This document shows positions 30,443 to 39,980 of a stretch of DNA of 48,285 bases, piece after piece. The notes under the pieces are model-generated. The model was not told where the DNA came from and searched no databases. It worked only from the letters and a program-made list of their open reading frames with translations. This DNA is from an uncultured Candidatus Midichloriaceae bacterium. Lineage in GTDB: Bacteria > Pseudomonadota > Alphaproteobacteria > Rickettsiales > Midichloriaceae. The stretch is taken from the NCBI GenBank assembly GCA_964547795.1, contig CAZJPD010000001.1, positions 1 through 48,285 on the forward strand, read 5' to 3'. Position 1 is the first letter of the stretch; each line of letters starts with the position of its first letter. The position numbers and the translations under genes were made by a program.

Positions 30443-30697
30443 TTGAAAAAAACATTAAATTTATGTGTACGTATACTAGGTTCTTTTTTCATATCACTTT
30501 GTATTTTGAAATCTATTACATTTGTTTGGACTAATGATTTCCTTTCCTGGTTGGTCAAGTTAGTAGATATTATAAACAAACTGAATACCACCAGCGTCAT
30601 ACTCATTATTTCTATTATTGTTGCAATTACCTTATTATATATAAACAAAGCGATTATCCAATTTAAGAATAAGGTTAATATTGGGGATAAAGGTTAG
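30443..30697 (+). CDS. Hypothetical small membrane protein (two predicted TM segments)
   Basis: ORF only, with a TTG start. An overlapping antisense ORF (30352..30648) is equally unsupported. No recognisable family. Confidence 0.2.
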   Translation: MKKTLNLCVRILGSFFISLCILKSITFVWTNDFLSWLVKLVDIINKLNTTSVILIISIIVAITLLYINKAIIQFKNKVNIGDKG

Positions 30698-30713
30698 TAA
30701 TTGATTAACAAGC

Positions 30714-30971
30714 ATGGACGTTTCTATATATTTAAAATCTTTTTTTGCGTTGATTGTTATTATCGGTGTGATAGGGATTGTTGCTGCTTTTGTTAGGCTA
30801 CTGAAAAATAAAAACTTGTTTAAGAACTTTGCTACCAACAATAAATTAAAGCTTGAAGAGACGCTAAATATAGACCATAAAAGAAGGCTAGTGTTATGCA
30901 GATTAGATAAGAAAAAGTATTTAATTTTGCTAAGTCAACGTGATGTTTTAATCGATGTCATCATTGAGTAA
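30714..30971 (+). CDS. fliO: Flagellar biosynthesis protein FliO
   Basis: 85 aa; a single N-terminal TM segment, then L.L.ETL.ID.KRRLVL.R.D...YLILL...DVLID, the usual FliO layout. Lies directly upstream of and overlapping fliP. Confidence 0.65.
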   Translation: MDVSIYLKSFFALIVIIGVIGIVAAFVRLLKNKNLFKNFATNNKLKLEETLNIDHKRRLVLCRLDKKKYLILLSQRDVLIDVIIE

Positions 30972-31720
30972 TAGAAATATTGTAACCTTTTTCGCAATTT
31001 TTTTTTGTTGGTACTTTTTAAGGCTGAATTTGTAGTAGCTCAGGGCATCAATATTGATTTTGGAGGAGGCGATGATGAAAATACTTTATTTAACAATAAA
31101 GTAATCCAATTTATCGGGTTAATCACCATCTTAAGCGTTGCCCCCTCTATTTTAATTATGGTTACATCCTTTACTAAAATTACTATTGTCTTTTCTATTT
31201 TAAGACATGCACTTGGTCTTCAACAAACCCCGCCAAATATAGTAATTATCAGTTTATCACTATTTCTAACATTTTTTATCATGACTCCAACCTTTAATAA
31301 AGCTTACGAAGACGGATTGCATCCTTTAATGAATAACCAAATCAACAAAAGGGGGCTTGGGAAAATATTACTGCACCATTCCATAAATTCATGAAGGAAA
31401 ACACGAGAGAGGCTGACTTAAATCTATTTAAAGAAATTGCAAAAGAAACCAAAGTGATTGAAAAGGATGAGTTACCTCTGCATGTACTAATCCCATCTTT
31501 TATATTAAGCGAGTTAAAATGGGCTTTTGAAATAGGGTTTCTGATATATCTGCCATTTTTAATTATTGATTTGGTGGTTGCTTCTGTGCTGATGGGAATG
31601 GGCATGATGATGTTACCGCCTGTGATAATATCATTGCCATTTAAGTTAATATTCTTTGTTCTTATTGATGGTTGGTATATGCTAGCTGGCAGTTTAGTCA
31701 AAAGTTACGGAATAGGATAG
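30955..31720 (+). pseudogene. fliP: Flagellar type III export protein FliP; frame broken twice (pseudogene or homopolymer miscalls)
   Basis: Conserved LSVAPSILIMVTSFTKI.IVFSILR.ALGLQQTPPN and [36 protein letters not shown]...LPFKL..FVL.DGW. The signal peptide MSSLSNRNIVTFFAIFF starts at ATG 30955 in a third frame. The breaks fall in T9 (30998..31006) and A4G5 (31347..31355). Confidence 0.8.
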
Positions 31721-31736
31721 TAAGTCAAATAATAAT

Positions 31737-34193
31737 ATGGGTTTGCAGGATAAATTAGATATATCCAAGATTGAAGCTAAATGGCAAGAAATCTGGTATG
31801 AGAAAGGCATTTATAAATGGGATAAAAATAAAACTAGGGAAGAAACATTTTCCATAGACACACCCCCACCAACCGTATCAGGCATATTACACATGGGGCA
31901 CGTATTTAGTTATACTCAAACTGATTTCATAGCTAGGTTTCAAAGAATGAATGGGAAATCTGTGTTTTATCCAATAGGGTTTGACGACAATGGTCTGCCT
32001 ACAGAAAGACTAGTTGAAAAAGTAAAGAAAATACGTGCTAAGGATTTGCGTAGAGAGGAATTTATCAAAATCTGTCAAGAAGTAGTTTTAGAAGTAGAAG
32101 AGAAATTTAGAAAAATATTTAAAGCTTTGGGATTGAGTTTTGACTGGGAGCAGGAGTATCAAACGATCAGTACCCAGTCTCGTAAACTTTCACAAATGTC
32201 ATTCTTAGACCTGTATAATAAGGGTAAAATAATTAGGAGATTCGGTCCTAGCTTTTGGGATGTAAAAGATCAAACTGCCATTGCTCAAGCAGAAAATATT
32301 GATAAAGAACAGGTTGGTATATTAAACGATATAAAGTTCAAGATTAGTGATGGTAACGACGATATTGTCATTGCAACTACCAGACCAGAAATGTTACCTG
32401 CTTGCGTTGCAGTTTTTTATCATCCTGAAGATGAGAGATATAAACACCTGGCTGGTAAAAAAGCCATCGTTCCACCGTTTAATCAAACAATCAATATATT
32501 GCCAGATAATGATGTTGAGCAGGAGAAAGGAACAGGTCTGGTAACGTGTTGTACATTTGGTGATATTCAAGACATCGAGTGGTGGAGGAAACATAAATTG
32601 GACACTAGGGAGTGTATCAATTTATATGGTAAAATGCAAAATGCAGATTTCCTGAATGGCATGAAGATTCAAGATGCACGTAAGCTTGTGATTGAAAAAT
32701 TAAAGCAGGAGAACAAACTTGTAGGGCAAACAGAAGTAATCCAAAATGTAAAATGTGCTGAGAGGTCTGGAGGGGTGCTTGAAATCATCCCTACATATCA
32801 GTGGTACATAGAGATTTTGCCATATAAAAAGCAATTGCATGGAAAAAACGAACAATGCAACTGGCATCCTCAGTTTATGAAGGAAAGGCTAAAAAATTGG
32901 ATAGACGGATTAAATCAAGATTGGTGTATTTCTCGCCAAAGGTATTTTGGTGTTCCGTTTCCCGTTTGGTATTCTAAAAGAAAAGGAGAGGAAGGCAAAA
33001 TATTGTTAGCTGATATTAATCAATTGCCAGTTGATCCATACGTTGATTTACCCGTAGGATATTCAAGAGAGGAGGTAGAGGCTGAAAAAGATGTGATGGA
33101 TACATGGGCGACAAGTGCATTGACTCCGCAGCTTTCAAGCCTTGGTATAAGCGACGAGTTTATGATTGATAAGGAAAAATACCACAAGCTATTTCCTTTT
33201 GACTTAAGACCACAAGCTCATGAAATCATCAGAACATGGGTGTTCGGAACGATAGTAAAATCTATGTTCCACCAGGATACTATTCCATGGAAAAATCTGA
33301 TGATCAGTGGATGGTGCTTGACACCTGATAAATCCAAGATGAGCAAGTCTAAAGGTAATATTATTACACCTGAAAAATTGATTAAGGAACAGGGAGCAGA
33401 TGTCATCAGATATTGGGCATCCAATTCTAAGCTTGGAATGGATATCGTCTATAGTGAGCAGGTCTTTAAAATAGCAAAAAGGCTGATTACCAAACTTTGG
33501 AATGCTGGAAGATTTGTAGAGCCACATATTCTTAATTTCAAACCAACAACTTTAAAACAGGATGTAGCTGATGGAAGGATTTTCTGCGATTTAGATTTAT
33601 GGATTCTTTCAGGTTTATACAGGGTGATTGAGGGGGCGACAAAATCATTTGAAGAATATGGGTATAGCGATGCTAGGGTCTGCATAGAAAACTTTTTCTG
33701 GAAAGACTTTTGCGATAATTACTTGGAGTTGATAAAAACTAGAATCTATGATGAAAGCAACGAACATCCAAAGGAGAAATGCAGTGTAATCCTGACTTTG
33801 TATTATGTTTTTCAGACAGTTTTACGACTTTTTGCTCCATATATACCTCATGTTGTTGAAGAGATAAATGTTATCCTCTTTTCTAATAATGAATCAATCA
33901 CTCAAATTAATAAATGGTCTAAGCTTGAAGATTATTACTTTGATGATAAGTATTTAAAGTTGGGAAAAAATGTCATAAATATTCTTGAGTTGGTAAGAAA
34001 GTACAAGTCCATTCATAAACTGTCATTAAGAACAGAAATAGATGAGGTTTTATACTCAGGTGAGGAAATACCTACATCAGCATTAACAGATTTGCAAAAT
34101 GCCAGCAACTGTGAAAAACTAAGTTTCAGGAATAAAATCGAGCATTCTGAAAAGCTAAACTCAAGTTGTGGGAAATATAGCATCCTTTTGTAA
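31737..34193 (+). CDS. valS: Valine--tRNA ligase, archaeal-type as in Rickettsia
   Basis: TPPPTVSGILHMGH (HIGH), FYPIGFDDNGLPTE, KMSKSKGN; 818 aa. Lacks the PGTDHAGIATQ signature and the long C-terminal coiled coil of typical bacterial ValRS. Confidence 0.85.
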   Translation: MGLQDKLDISKIEAKWQEIWYEKGIYKWDKNKTREETFSIDTPPPTVSGILHMGHVFSYTQTDFIARFQRMNGKSVFYPIGFDDNGLPTERLVEKVKKIRAKDLRREEFIKICQEVVLEVEEKFRKIFKALGLSFDWEQEYQTISTQSRKLSQMSFLDLYNKGKIIRRFGPSFWDVKDQTAIAQAENIDKEQVGILNDIKFKISDGNDDIVIATTRPEMLPACVAVFYHPEDERYKHLAGKKAIVPPFNQTINILPDNDVEQEKGTGLVTCCTFGDIQDIEWWRKHKLDTRECINLYGKMQNADFLNGMKIQDARKLVIEKLKQENKLVGQTEVIQNVKCAERSGGVLEIIPTYQWYIEILPYKKQLHGKNEQCNWHPQFMKERLKNWIDGLNQDWCISRQRYFGVPFPVWYSKRKGEEGKILLADINQLPVDPYVDLPVGYSREEVEAEKDVMDTWATSALTPQLSSLGISDEFMIDKEKYHKLFPFDLRPQAHEIIRTWVFGTIVKSMFHQDTIPWKNLMISGWCLTPDKSKMSKSKGNIITPEKLIKEQGADVIRYWASNSKLGMDIVYSEQVFKIAKRLITKLWNAGRFVEPHILNFKPTTLKQDVADGRIFCDLDLWILSGLYRVIEGATKSFEEYGYSDARVCIENFFWKDFCDNYLELIKTRIYDESNEHPKEKCSVILTLYYVFQTVLRLFAPYIPHVVEEINVILFSNNESITQINKWSKLEDYYFDDKYLKLGKNVINILELVRKYKSIHKLSLRTEIDEVLYSGEEIPTSALTDLQNASNCEKLSFRNKIEHSEKLNSSCGKYSILL

Positions 34194-34434
34194 TTTATCT
34201 TTTTTCCTTTTTTTAGATGCTTCCATAGACTCTCTGCGAAAAGTAAAGTATGCAAAATTACCATCTCTCAACCATCCGATTTATGGGGATTTATTTTTGC
34301 AGATTTTGGGATTTTAGTTATTTCGTAAAGAGTTTAGTGATTTCTCTAAGGCTCTCTCCTTTGCGTATTAAAAATATTGCAACCTTAGTGCAATAAGCTA
34401 CACTATGCTGATTGACTATGTCACAGTATGTTTA

Positions 34435-36012
34435 TTAGTCAGGATAGGTATCAGGTAAAATTAACACTTCAGTTGTTGTGAAAAAGTCCATCCCTTGCAA
34501 ATTATAATGTAACTCGACAAATGATGCTTGCCATCCACCCTCTGGTTGTGGCAATAGGACTTCAATTTCACATTTATGACCGTTCTCACATGAAAAAGGT
34601 ATTTCTTTTGCAGTATAACAGGTATCACAAATTTCTCTAAAGAAATAAGAAGAAAGTTTTTTCAAGAACAAATGCCAATATTCATGGGAATTAAGAAATC
34701 TAAAGTCCCTGCTATTTTCGTTTATTGTGTTCCAAAGTTTAATTGCATGTGGTTTTGTTGTAGTTATAACTTTTATTGTATTTTTATAGAAAGTCCAATT
34801 TACCATAGGCAAGGGAACATTGTTCAGAATTAGGTAAAAATATGAATTTATAGCCTCACTTACTTTGTGCTGATTATCTGTAGAATCGCTAATAGGATTG
34901 CCTGCCATATAGTGTAATGCATTAGGCAGATACCTTATGTAGTTCTTATCGCCTGGAAGGTTTTTGAAATAAAACCTTGATGAATCTGGCACAAAAAAAT
35001 CATCCCCACTTGCATTAATTATATACTTAGGTATAGCAAGTCTTTGTTTATATTTTGGGTCATAATCAGTAGATAGGTAGCTAAATGGATCTTCTATCTT
35101 CATCAATTCAGCAAAGGCAATACTATTCACTCTTTGTGTTATGCCAGCCTCCTTATAATCTCTAAGTGCTTGAGGACACCCATCTTTGTATACACTGCAA
35201 ATATGAGATATTGTTTTTTGCACGTTCAAGATATCAATGACTATGGGGATGATTCCGGATACTCTCTGATCTTCAAGTGCTGTTAGCCAAATTGCCCACC
35301 CTCTCTTTGAAGCCCCAGCAAGAATGAAGCTTTCAATATCAATATTGTGATCTTTCTTTAAAATATCTTGTGTAGCATCCATTGCTTTAATTGCTGCTTT
35401 AACCATAGGTAAATGCCCTGCCAAATAGGCATTTTCGAGTGGAGATTCCATTACTTTTTTATATATATAAACTAGAATTTGATCTTCCTTCTTTGGTTCA
35501 CCGCTCATTAATAAAAATTGATTAGGAACATCCTGAACTTCAATGACAACTGCTTTGTTTGTGGAGGCAAATTTAATAAAATCTACTTTTTCTTTAGAGG
35601 TCATAAACTCTTCTTTTCCTTCCTTATTCATATTATAACCAGCATTCACATATAATAACGCTTGATTGAAAAAAACCTCTTTTGGTAAATAGATGAGCAA
35701 CTTATGCTTCCAAATAGCACTTGGTATATCTTCGTACTCATTTATAGGCCATTTTTATGAAGTTAAGATATAGGTTTTAATAAATATATCTGACGCCTCA
35801 GACTTTTCATAACTTATAAGTTTATAGTCAAACAATCCATCGTTGTAATTTATAAAAGAATGAAGAGCTTCATTTAAACTTAAAGGGACATGAATGTTTT
35901 GCTGAGTGTCAGCATAACACTTGTCTTGAGCAGTAAAAAAAGTAAAGACATCATAAGACATTATAAGTATAAGTTTTGTTAAACAAATCACTAATATTCC
36001 ATACAACTTCAT
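34435..36012 (-). pseudogene. PhoPQ-activated pathogenicity-related (PqaA-type, PF10142-like) secreted alpha/beta-hydrolase-fold protein, interrupted by an in-frame TAA
   Basis: The two track ORFs (35755..36183 and 34435..35700) are in the same frame. The read-through sequence is ..TYILTS*KWPINEY..WKHKLLIYLPKE.., and GASKRGW is present. A signal-peptide-like N-terminus starts at ATG 36012. Confidence 0.65.
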
Positions 36013-36239
36013 TTTTTTTTGTCTATAGCATAGTCCATTTAAGTGACAACACATATTATCATCACAAAAGGGATTATGCAATTTATTGTTATGAAAGAAC
36101 GTGTGCAAGCCTGTCATCATAAAGAAGCAATAAAACTGTAGTGATTCAATAATAAGTAACAATGAATTGACATACCTACTCACAATGGCAGGTGATATAT
36201 CTCAATCTAACTACCTCATGTTATGCCCAGTTAAAAGTG

Positions 36240-36323
36240 TACCTCTGACAGGATTTGAACCTGCACATCCATAAAGAATAGCAGATTTTGAGTCTGCTGC
36301 GTCTACCATTCCGCCACAGAGGC
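36240..36323 (-). tRNA. tRNA-Leu (anticodon CAA)
   Basis: The reverse complement GCCTCTGTGGCGGAATGGTAGACGC... has anticodon loop CTCAAAA, a long variable arm and T-loop TTCAAAT. CCA is not encoded. Confidence 0.85.
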
Positions 36324-36403
36324 TTATATTTATAATATTATATATTTTACTATTTCTAAATAACTGCTACAATAGAAAATAATTATTTTTAAGGTAAATT
36401 AAT

Positions 36404-36697
36404 ATGGGAGAATGTAAAGTTAATAGTGCTTGCAACACAGCAATGGGACATGAGCAAAAAAGCACCTGTTGTGGAAAACTGACAGATAATATAAGAGCTT
36501 TAGCAAATGATGCTTGGGCTGAATTGCTAAAAAATAAAATTAAAAAGCAGTATGAAAACAAAATAGGTGCTAAGATGGATAAAATAGCGGAAGTTGCAGC
36601 AGATGTAGCAATAGAATACTGGAAACACAAAGTAGCAGCAAAAGAACTATGCAAAGAACATAATGGTAAACTAAGTAATGTTATCAAAGCTGAGTAA
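36404..36697 (+). CDS. Hypothetical small protein, Cys-rich N-terminus and helical Lys/Ala-rich body
   Basis: 97 aa; an AAGG SD-like element lies 9 nt upstream, and the stop is 5 nt before hflK. Cys residues at positions 4, 10, 22, 23 and 83. No family recognised. Confidence 0.45.
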   Translation: MGECKVNSACNTAMGHEQKSTCCGKLTDNIRALANDAWAELLKNKIKKQYENKIGAKMDKIAEVAADVAIEYWKHKVAAKELCKEHNGKLSNVIKAE

Positions 36698-36702
36698 CAA
36701 AT

Positions 36703-37809
36703 ATGTTCAAAAATCCATGGGATAATAGATCAGATGAAGAATGGCGTACAGATATGAAAAAGGAACTGGAAGGTGTTTATAAAAAATTAGAAAGAGTTAG
36801 GAAAATGGGCATTATGGGAATGAAAGAGAATAATAAAGGCGGTAATGATTTGAGGGTGTTATATGTAGCGATCATCGCTTTAATCTTGATGTGGTTATCC
36901 ACAGGCTTTTTTACAATTGATGCCGATGAAGAGGGTGTTGTAATGAGGTTGGGAAAATATAATAGGGAAGTTATGCCAGGTCTGAATTACAAGTTACCTA
37001 CACCTTTTGAGGGTGTTGAAAAATTAAGTGTCACTAGAATCAAAAAGGAAATGATAGGAAAGATAATAAATCCTATAAAGCGTCTTAGAACAAACTCTTT
37101 AAGTGATGGTAGTCAAGATTTAGAAACTGATTTGAGTTATCCAAAGGAAAGTCAAATGCTAACAGGTGATGAGAATATAATTGATATGCATTTTTATGTT
37201 CAATGGAAAATAGGAAACGCTAAAGATTATCTTTTTAATATTAGAGATAGCGGAAGTGGTAATATAGTAAGAAGTGCAGCGGAAAGTATTATGAGGCAAG
37301 TAGTAGGTGGTGTAAGTATATCTGAAGCACTGTCGGAAAGAAGACTAGTCATCGAACAAAAAGCTAAAGAAGGGTTACAGCAAGTTTTAAATTTATATGG
37401 TTCCGGTATAGAAATTGTCAGTGTTGGCATTTTATATAGTTATGTTGGAGCAGAGGTAAGAGATGCGTATCGTGATGTTCAATCTGCTAAAGCTGATAGG
37501 GAGAGATTTATAAATCAAGCACAGGCATATAGCAATGAAGTTATTCCAAAAGCCAAAGGAGAGGCAGGTGTAGTTATAGAGGGTGCATTAGCATATAAAG
37601 AATCTGTGATTACTAAATCTGAAGGCGATGCGAAAAAATTTGATGAAATATATAAGGCATATTCAAAGAGTAAAGACATTACAAAGAGAAGAATGTACTT
37701 AGATGCTATGGAAAAAATCTATCAAGAAACCAATAAGATAGTCATTGATAAAAATGTATCTAAGGGTGTATTACCTTTCCTTCCATTAGATAAGATTAAT
37801 AATAAATAA
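36703..37809 (+). CDS. hflK: FtsH protease modulator HflK (SPFH/band 7)
   Basis: N-terminal TM segment, the SPFH core (..GVVMRLGKY...PGL..K.P) and a C-terminal coiled region. Paired with hflC. Confidence 0.85.
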   Translation: MFKNPWDNRSDEEWRTDMKKELEGVYKKLERVRKMGIMGMKENNKGGNDLRVLYVAIIALILMWLSTGFFTIDADEEGVVMRLGKYNREVMPGLNYKLPTPFEGVEKLSVTRIKKEMIGKIINPIKRLRTNSLSDGSQDLETDLSYPKESQMLTGDENIIDMHFYVQWKIGNAKDYLFNIRDSGSGNIVRSAAESIMRQVVGGVSISEALSERRLVIEQKAKEGLQQVLNLYGSGIEIVSVGILYSYVGAEVRDAYRDVQSAKADRERFINQAQAYSNEVIPKAKGEAGVVIEGALAYKESVITKSEGDAKKFDEIYKAYSKSKDITKRRMYLDAMEKIYQETNKIVIDKNVSKGVLPFLPLDKINNK

Positions 37810-37821
37810 GATGAGGTCATA

Positions 37822-38685
37822 ATGAAAGTCAAGACTATATCATTGTTTATCATTGTTGTAATCATTGTTTTCCTTTTGGCTGATTCTTTATATATATTAG
37901 ATCAAAGAAAGACTGCTATCATTATTCAATTTGGTGAGGTAATAGAGCAAAAGCTTGAGCCTGGTTTAAAATTCAAATTACCGATAATTCAGGATGTTAG
38001 ATTTTTTGATAAAAGAGTACAAAACCTTTTGTTCAATATGAGTGGTTCTAGTGAGGTTGTTGCTTTTGATCAAAAAACAATGAAGGTAGATGCCTATGCG
38101 AAATATAAAATAGTTGCACCTAAAAAATTCTATGAAGCAGTACAGAATAATGATAAATTTAGAGTAAGGCTGGAGTCCATTGTTGAGTCAGGTATAAGGG
38201 AAGTAATAGGGCAGGTGAAATTCAAAGATACTTTGGGGGTAAAAAGGAATGAAATACGTCAAAACATCATAAATTTGGTTAATGATGAATTGAAAAATTT
38301 TGGGGTAGATGTAATTGATGTCAGGCTAATTAGGCTGAATTTACCCGACAAAGCTAGAAATGCGGTATATGAAAGGATGCGTACAGAAAGGGAAAAAGAG
38401 GCAAAAGAAATTCGTGCTATAGGAAATAAAGAAGGTGAAATTATTAAGGCTACTGCTGATAAAGAAAGAACCATAATAATTGCGGAAGCAAAGAAAAAAG
38501 CCGAAATTATCAAAGGGCATGGAGATTCAGAAGCGATTAATATATATGCAAGAGCTTATGATAAGGATAAGGATTTTTATGAGTACTATAAGTCTTTAGA
38601 GGTATATAAAAATTCATTTGGCAAAAATTCATCATTAGTTCTTTCTTCTGACAATAAATTTTTGAAGCATCTTAATAACCAATAA
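37822..38685 (+). CDS. hflC: FtsH protease modulator HflC (SPFH/band 7)
   Basis: N-terminal TM segment, then LYILDQRKTAIIIQFGE..., PGLKFK.P and VIDVRL.R..LP. Confidence 0.85.
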   Translation: MKVKTISLFIIVVIIVFLLADSLYILDQRKTAIIIQFGEVIEQKLEPGLKFKLPIIQDVRFFDKRVQNLLFNMSGSSEVVAFDQKTMKVDAYAKYKIVAPKKFYEAVQNNDKFRVRLESIVESGIREVIGQVKFKDTLGVKRNEIRQNIINLVNDELKNFGVDVIDVRLIRLNLPDKARNAVYERMRTEREKEAKEIRAIGNKEGEIIKATADKERTIIIAEAKKKAEIIKGHGDSEAINIYARAYDKDKDFYEYYKSLEVYKNSFGKNSSLVLSSDNKFLKHLNNQ

Positions 38686-38704
38686 AAATACAATTTATAA
38701 CTAA

Positions 38705-39808
38705 GTGAAGAAGATTGGTGTTGGCATTTTATTTGGGGGAAAGTCTGTAGAACATGAGATTTCCATAATTTCTGCAATTTCGATTATAAAGCACTTGGAT
38801 TATACCAAATATATTGTAATTCCAATATACATTGACATTAATGGCAAATGGCATTTGCTGGATTTAAATTCTTTACATGGTAACGAAGGAGCATCACATA
38901 TTAAAAGGGAAGTTAAAAAAATACAAAGCAATAGCAGTATTAATGAAAATTTTAATATAATTAATTATATATGTTCTAACGAAGACAACAAAAAATTAGA
39001 TGTAATTTTTCCCATTCTGCATGGAACTTTAGGGGAAGATGGAGCTATGCAGGGACTGCTTGAGTTGTTAGAAATTCCATATATCAGTGCAGGTATTTTA
39101 AGTTCTGCAATTGCAATGGATAAAGAAATCGCAAGAAAGTTAGTTCAGCAATATGGAATTAACACAGCACCATTCATGAGTATAAAAGAATACGAATACC
39201 ATGCTGTCAATCGAGATGAAATTCTAAAAAAGATACTTACTAAATTTTGCTTTCCTTTATTTGTAAAACCTTCCAACTGTGGTTCTAGTATTGGTATTAA
39301 TAAGGTGAAGAATGCTACCGAATTAGAAAAGGCAATATCAGAAGCTTTTAAATATGATCAAAAAATTCTGATTGAATGGGGGATTATTGGAAGAGAAATA
39401 GAGGTATCAGTTCTTGAAAATATTAATAATTATGATAATCCTATAGTGAGTTATCCTGGTGAATTAATCCCAAATGATGAGTTTTACACCTATAAGGCTA
39501 AATACATAATGAAAGGGGGAGCAAAATTTGAAATACCAGCAAAATTATCAAATTCTGTCGAAAATTCGATTAGGAAAAAGGCTGGAGATATTTTCAAAAT
39601 TTTAGAATGTAATTGTTTGGCTAGAATAGACTTTCTTATTGAAAATAAAACAAACCAAGTTTTTTTCAGTGAAATAAACACCTTGCCAGGATTTACGGAA
39701 ATTAGCTTATACCCAAAGTTATTGGAGCATTATGGTATCGGATATACAGAGTTATTGGATAAGCTGATAAACTTGGCTATAAAAAAGCATAAAGTTCGAA
39801 TGCTATAG
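38705..39808 (+). CDS. ddl: D-alanine--D-alanine ligase
   Basis: GILFGGKSVEHEISI, HGTLGEDGAMQGLLELL.IPY, FVKPSN.GSS.GI and an EINTLPGFT C-terminal motif. GTG start. Confidence 0.9.
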   Translation: MKKIGVGILFGGKSVEHEISIISAISIIKHLDYTKYIVIPIYIDINGKWHLLDLNSLHGNEGASHIKREVKKIQSNSSINENFNIINYICSNEDNKKLDVIFPILHGTLGEDGAMQGLLELLEIPYISAGILSSAIAMDKEIARKLVQQYGINTAPFMSIKEYEYHAVNRDEILKKILTKFCFPLFVKPSNCGSSIGINKVKNATELEKAISEAFKYDQKILIEWGIIGREIEVSVLENINNYDNPIVSYPGELIPNDEFYTYKAKYIMKGGAKFEIPAKLSNSVENSIRKKAGDIFKILECNCLARIDFLIENKTNQVFFSEINTLPGFTEISLYPKLLEHYGIGYTELLDKLINLAIKKHKVRML

Positions 39809-39850
39809 CTAGTTTCGCTTTGGTATCTACAAGGAGTGACGAGCAAAGTG

Positions 39851-39906
39851 TATCCCTACATGAGCGAGAATGCGACGCTGTAGACACCTAAGTGTACTAA
39901 GTTATA
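39851..39906 (+). repeat. 56-bp repeat module, second copy of 7831..7886
   Basis: TATCCCTA.ATGAGCGAGAATGCGA.GCTGTAGA.ACCTAAGTGTACTAAGTTATA, identical at 53 of 56 positions to the tail of repeat copy A by hand alignment. Confidence 0.7.
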
Positions 39907-39980
39907 AAGAGGATAAAAGGCAAAAATTAATTGTTTTACAGAGAGTCTTTTTAAATACTTTTTCCTTTTAAATGTGAAAC

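Noticed and set aside
30352-30648. 98-aa minus-strand ORF overlapping the 30443..30697 plus-strand ORF
   Set aside because: Neither ORF has supporting motifs. I listed only the plus-strand one, at low confidence, because it is co-directional with its neighbours. Both may be noise in a decayed spacer.
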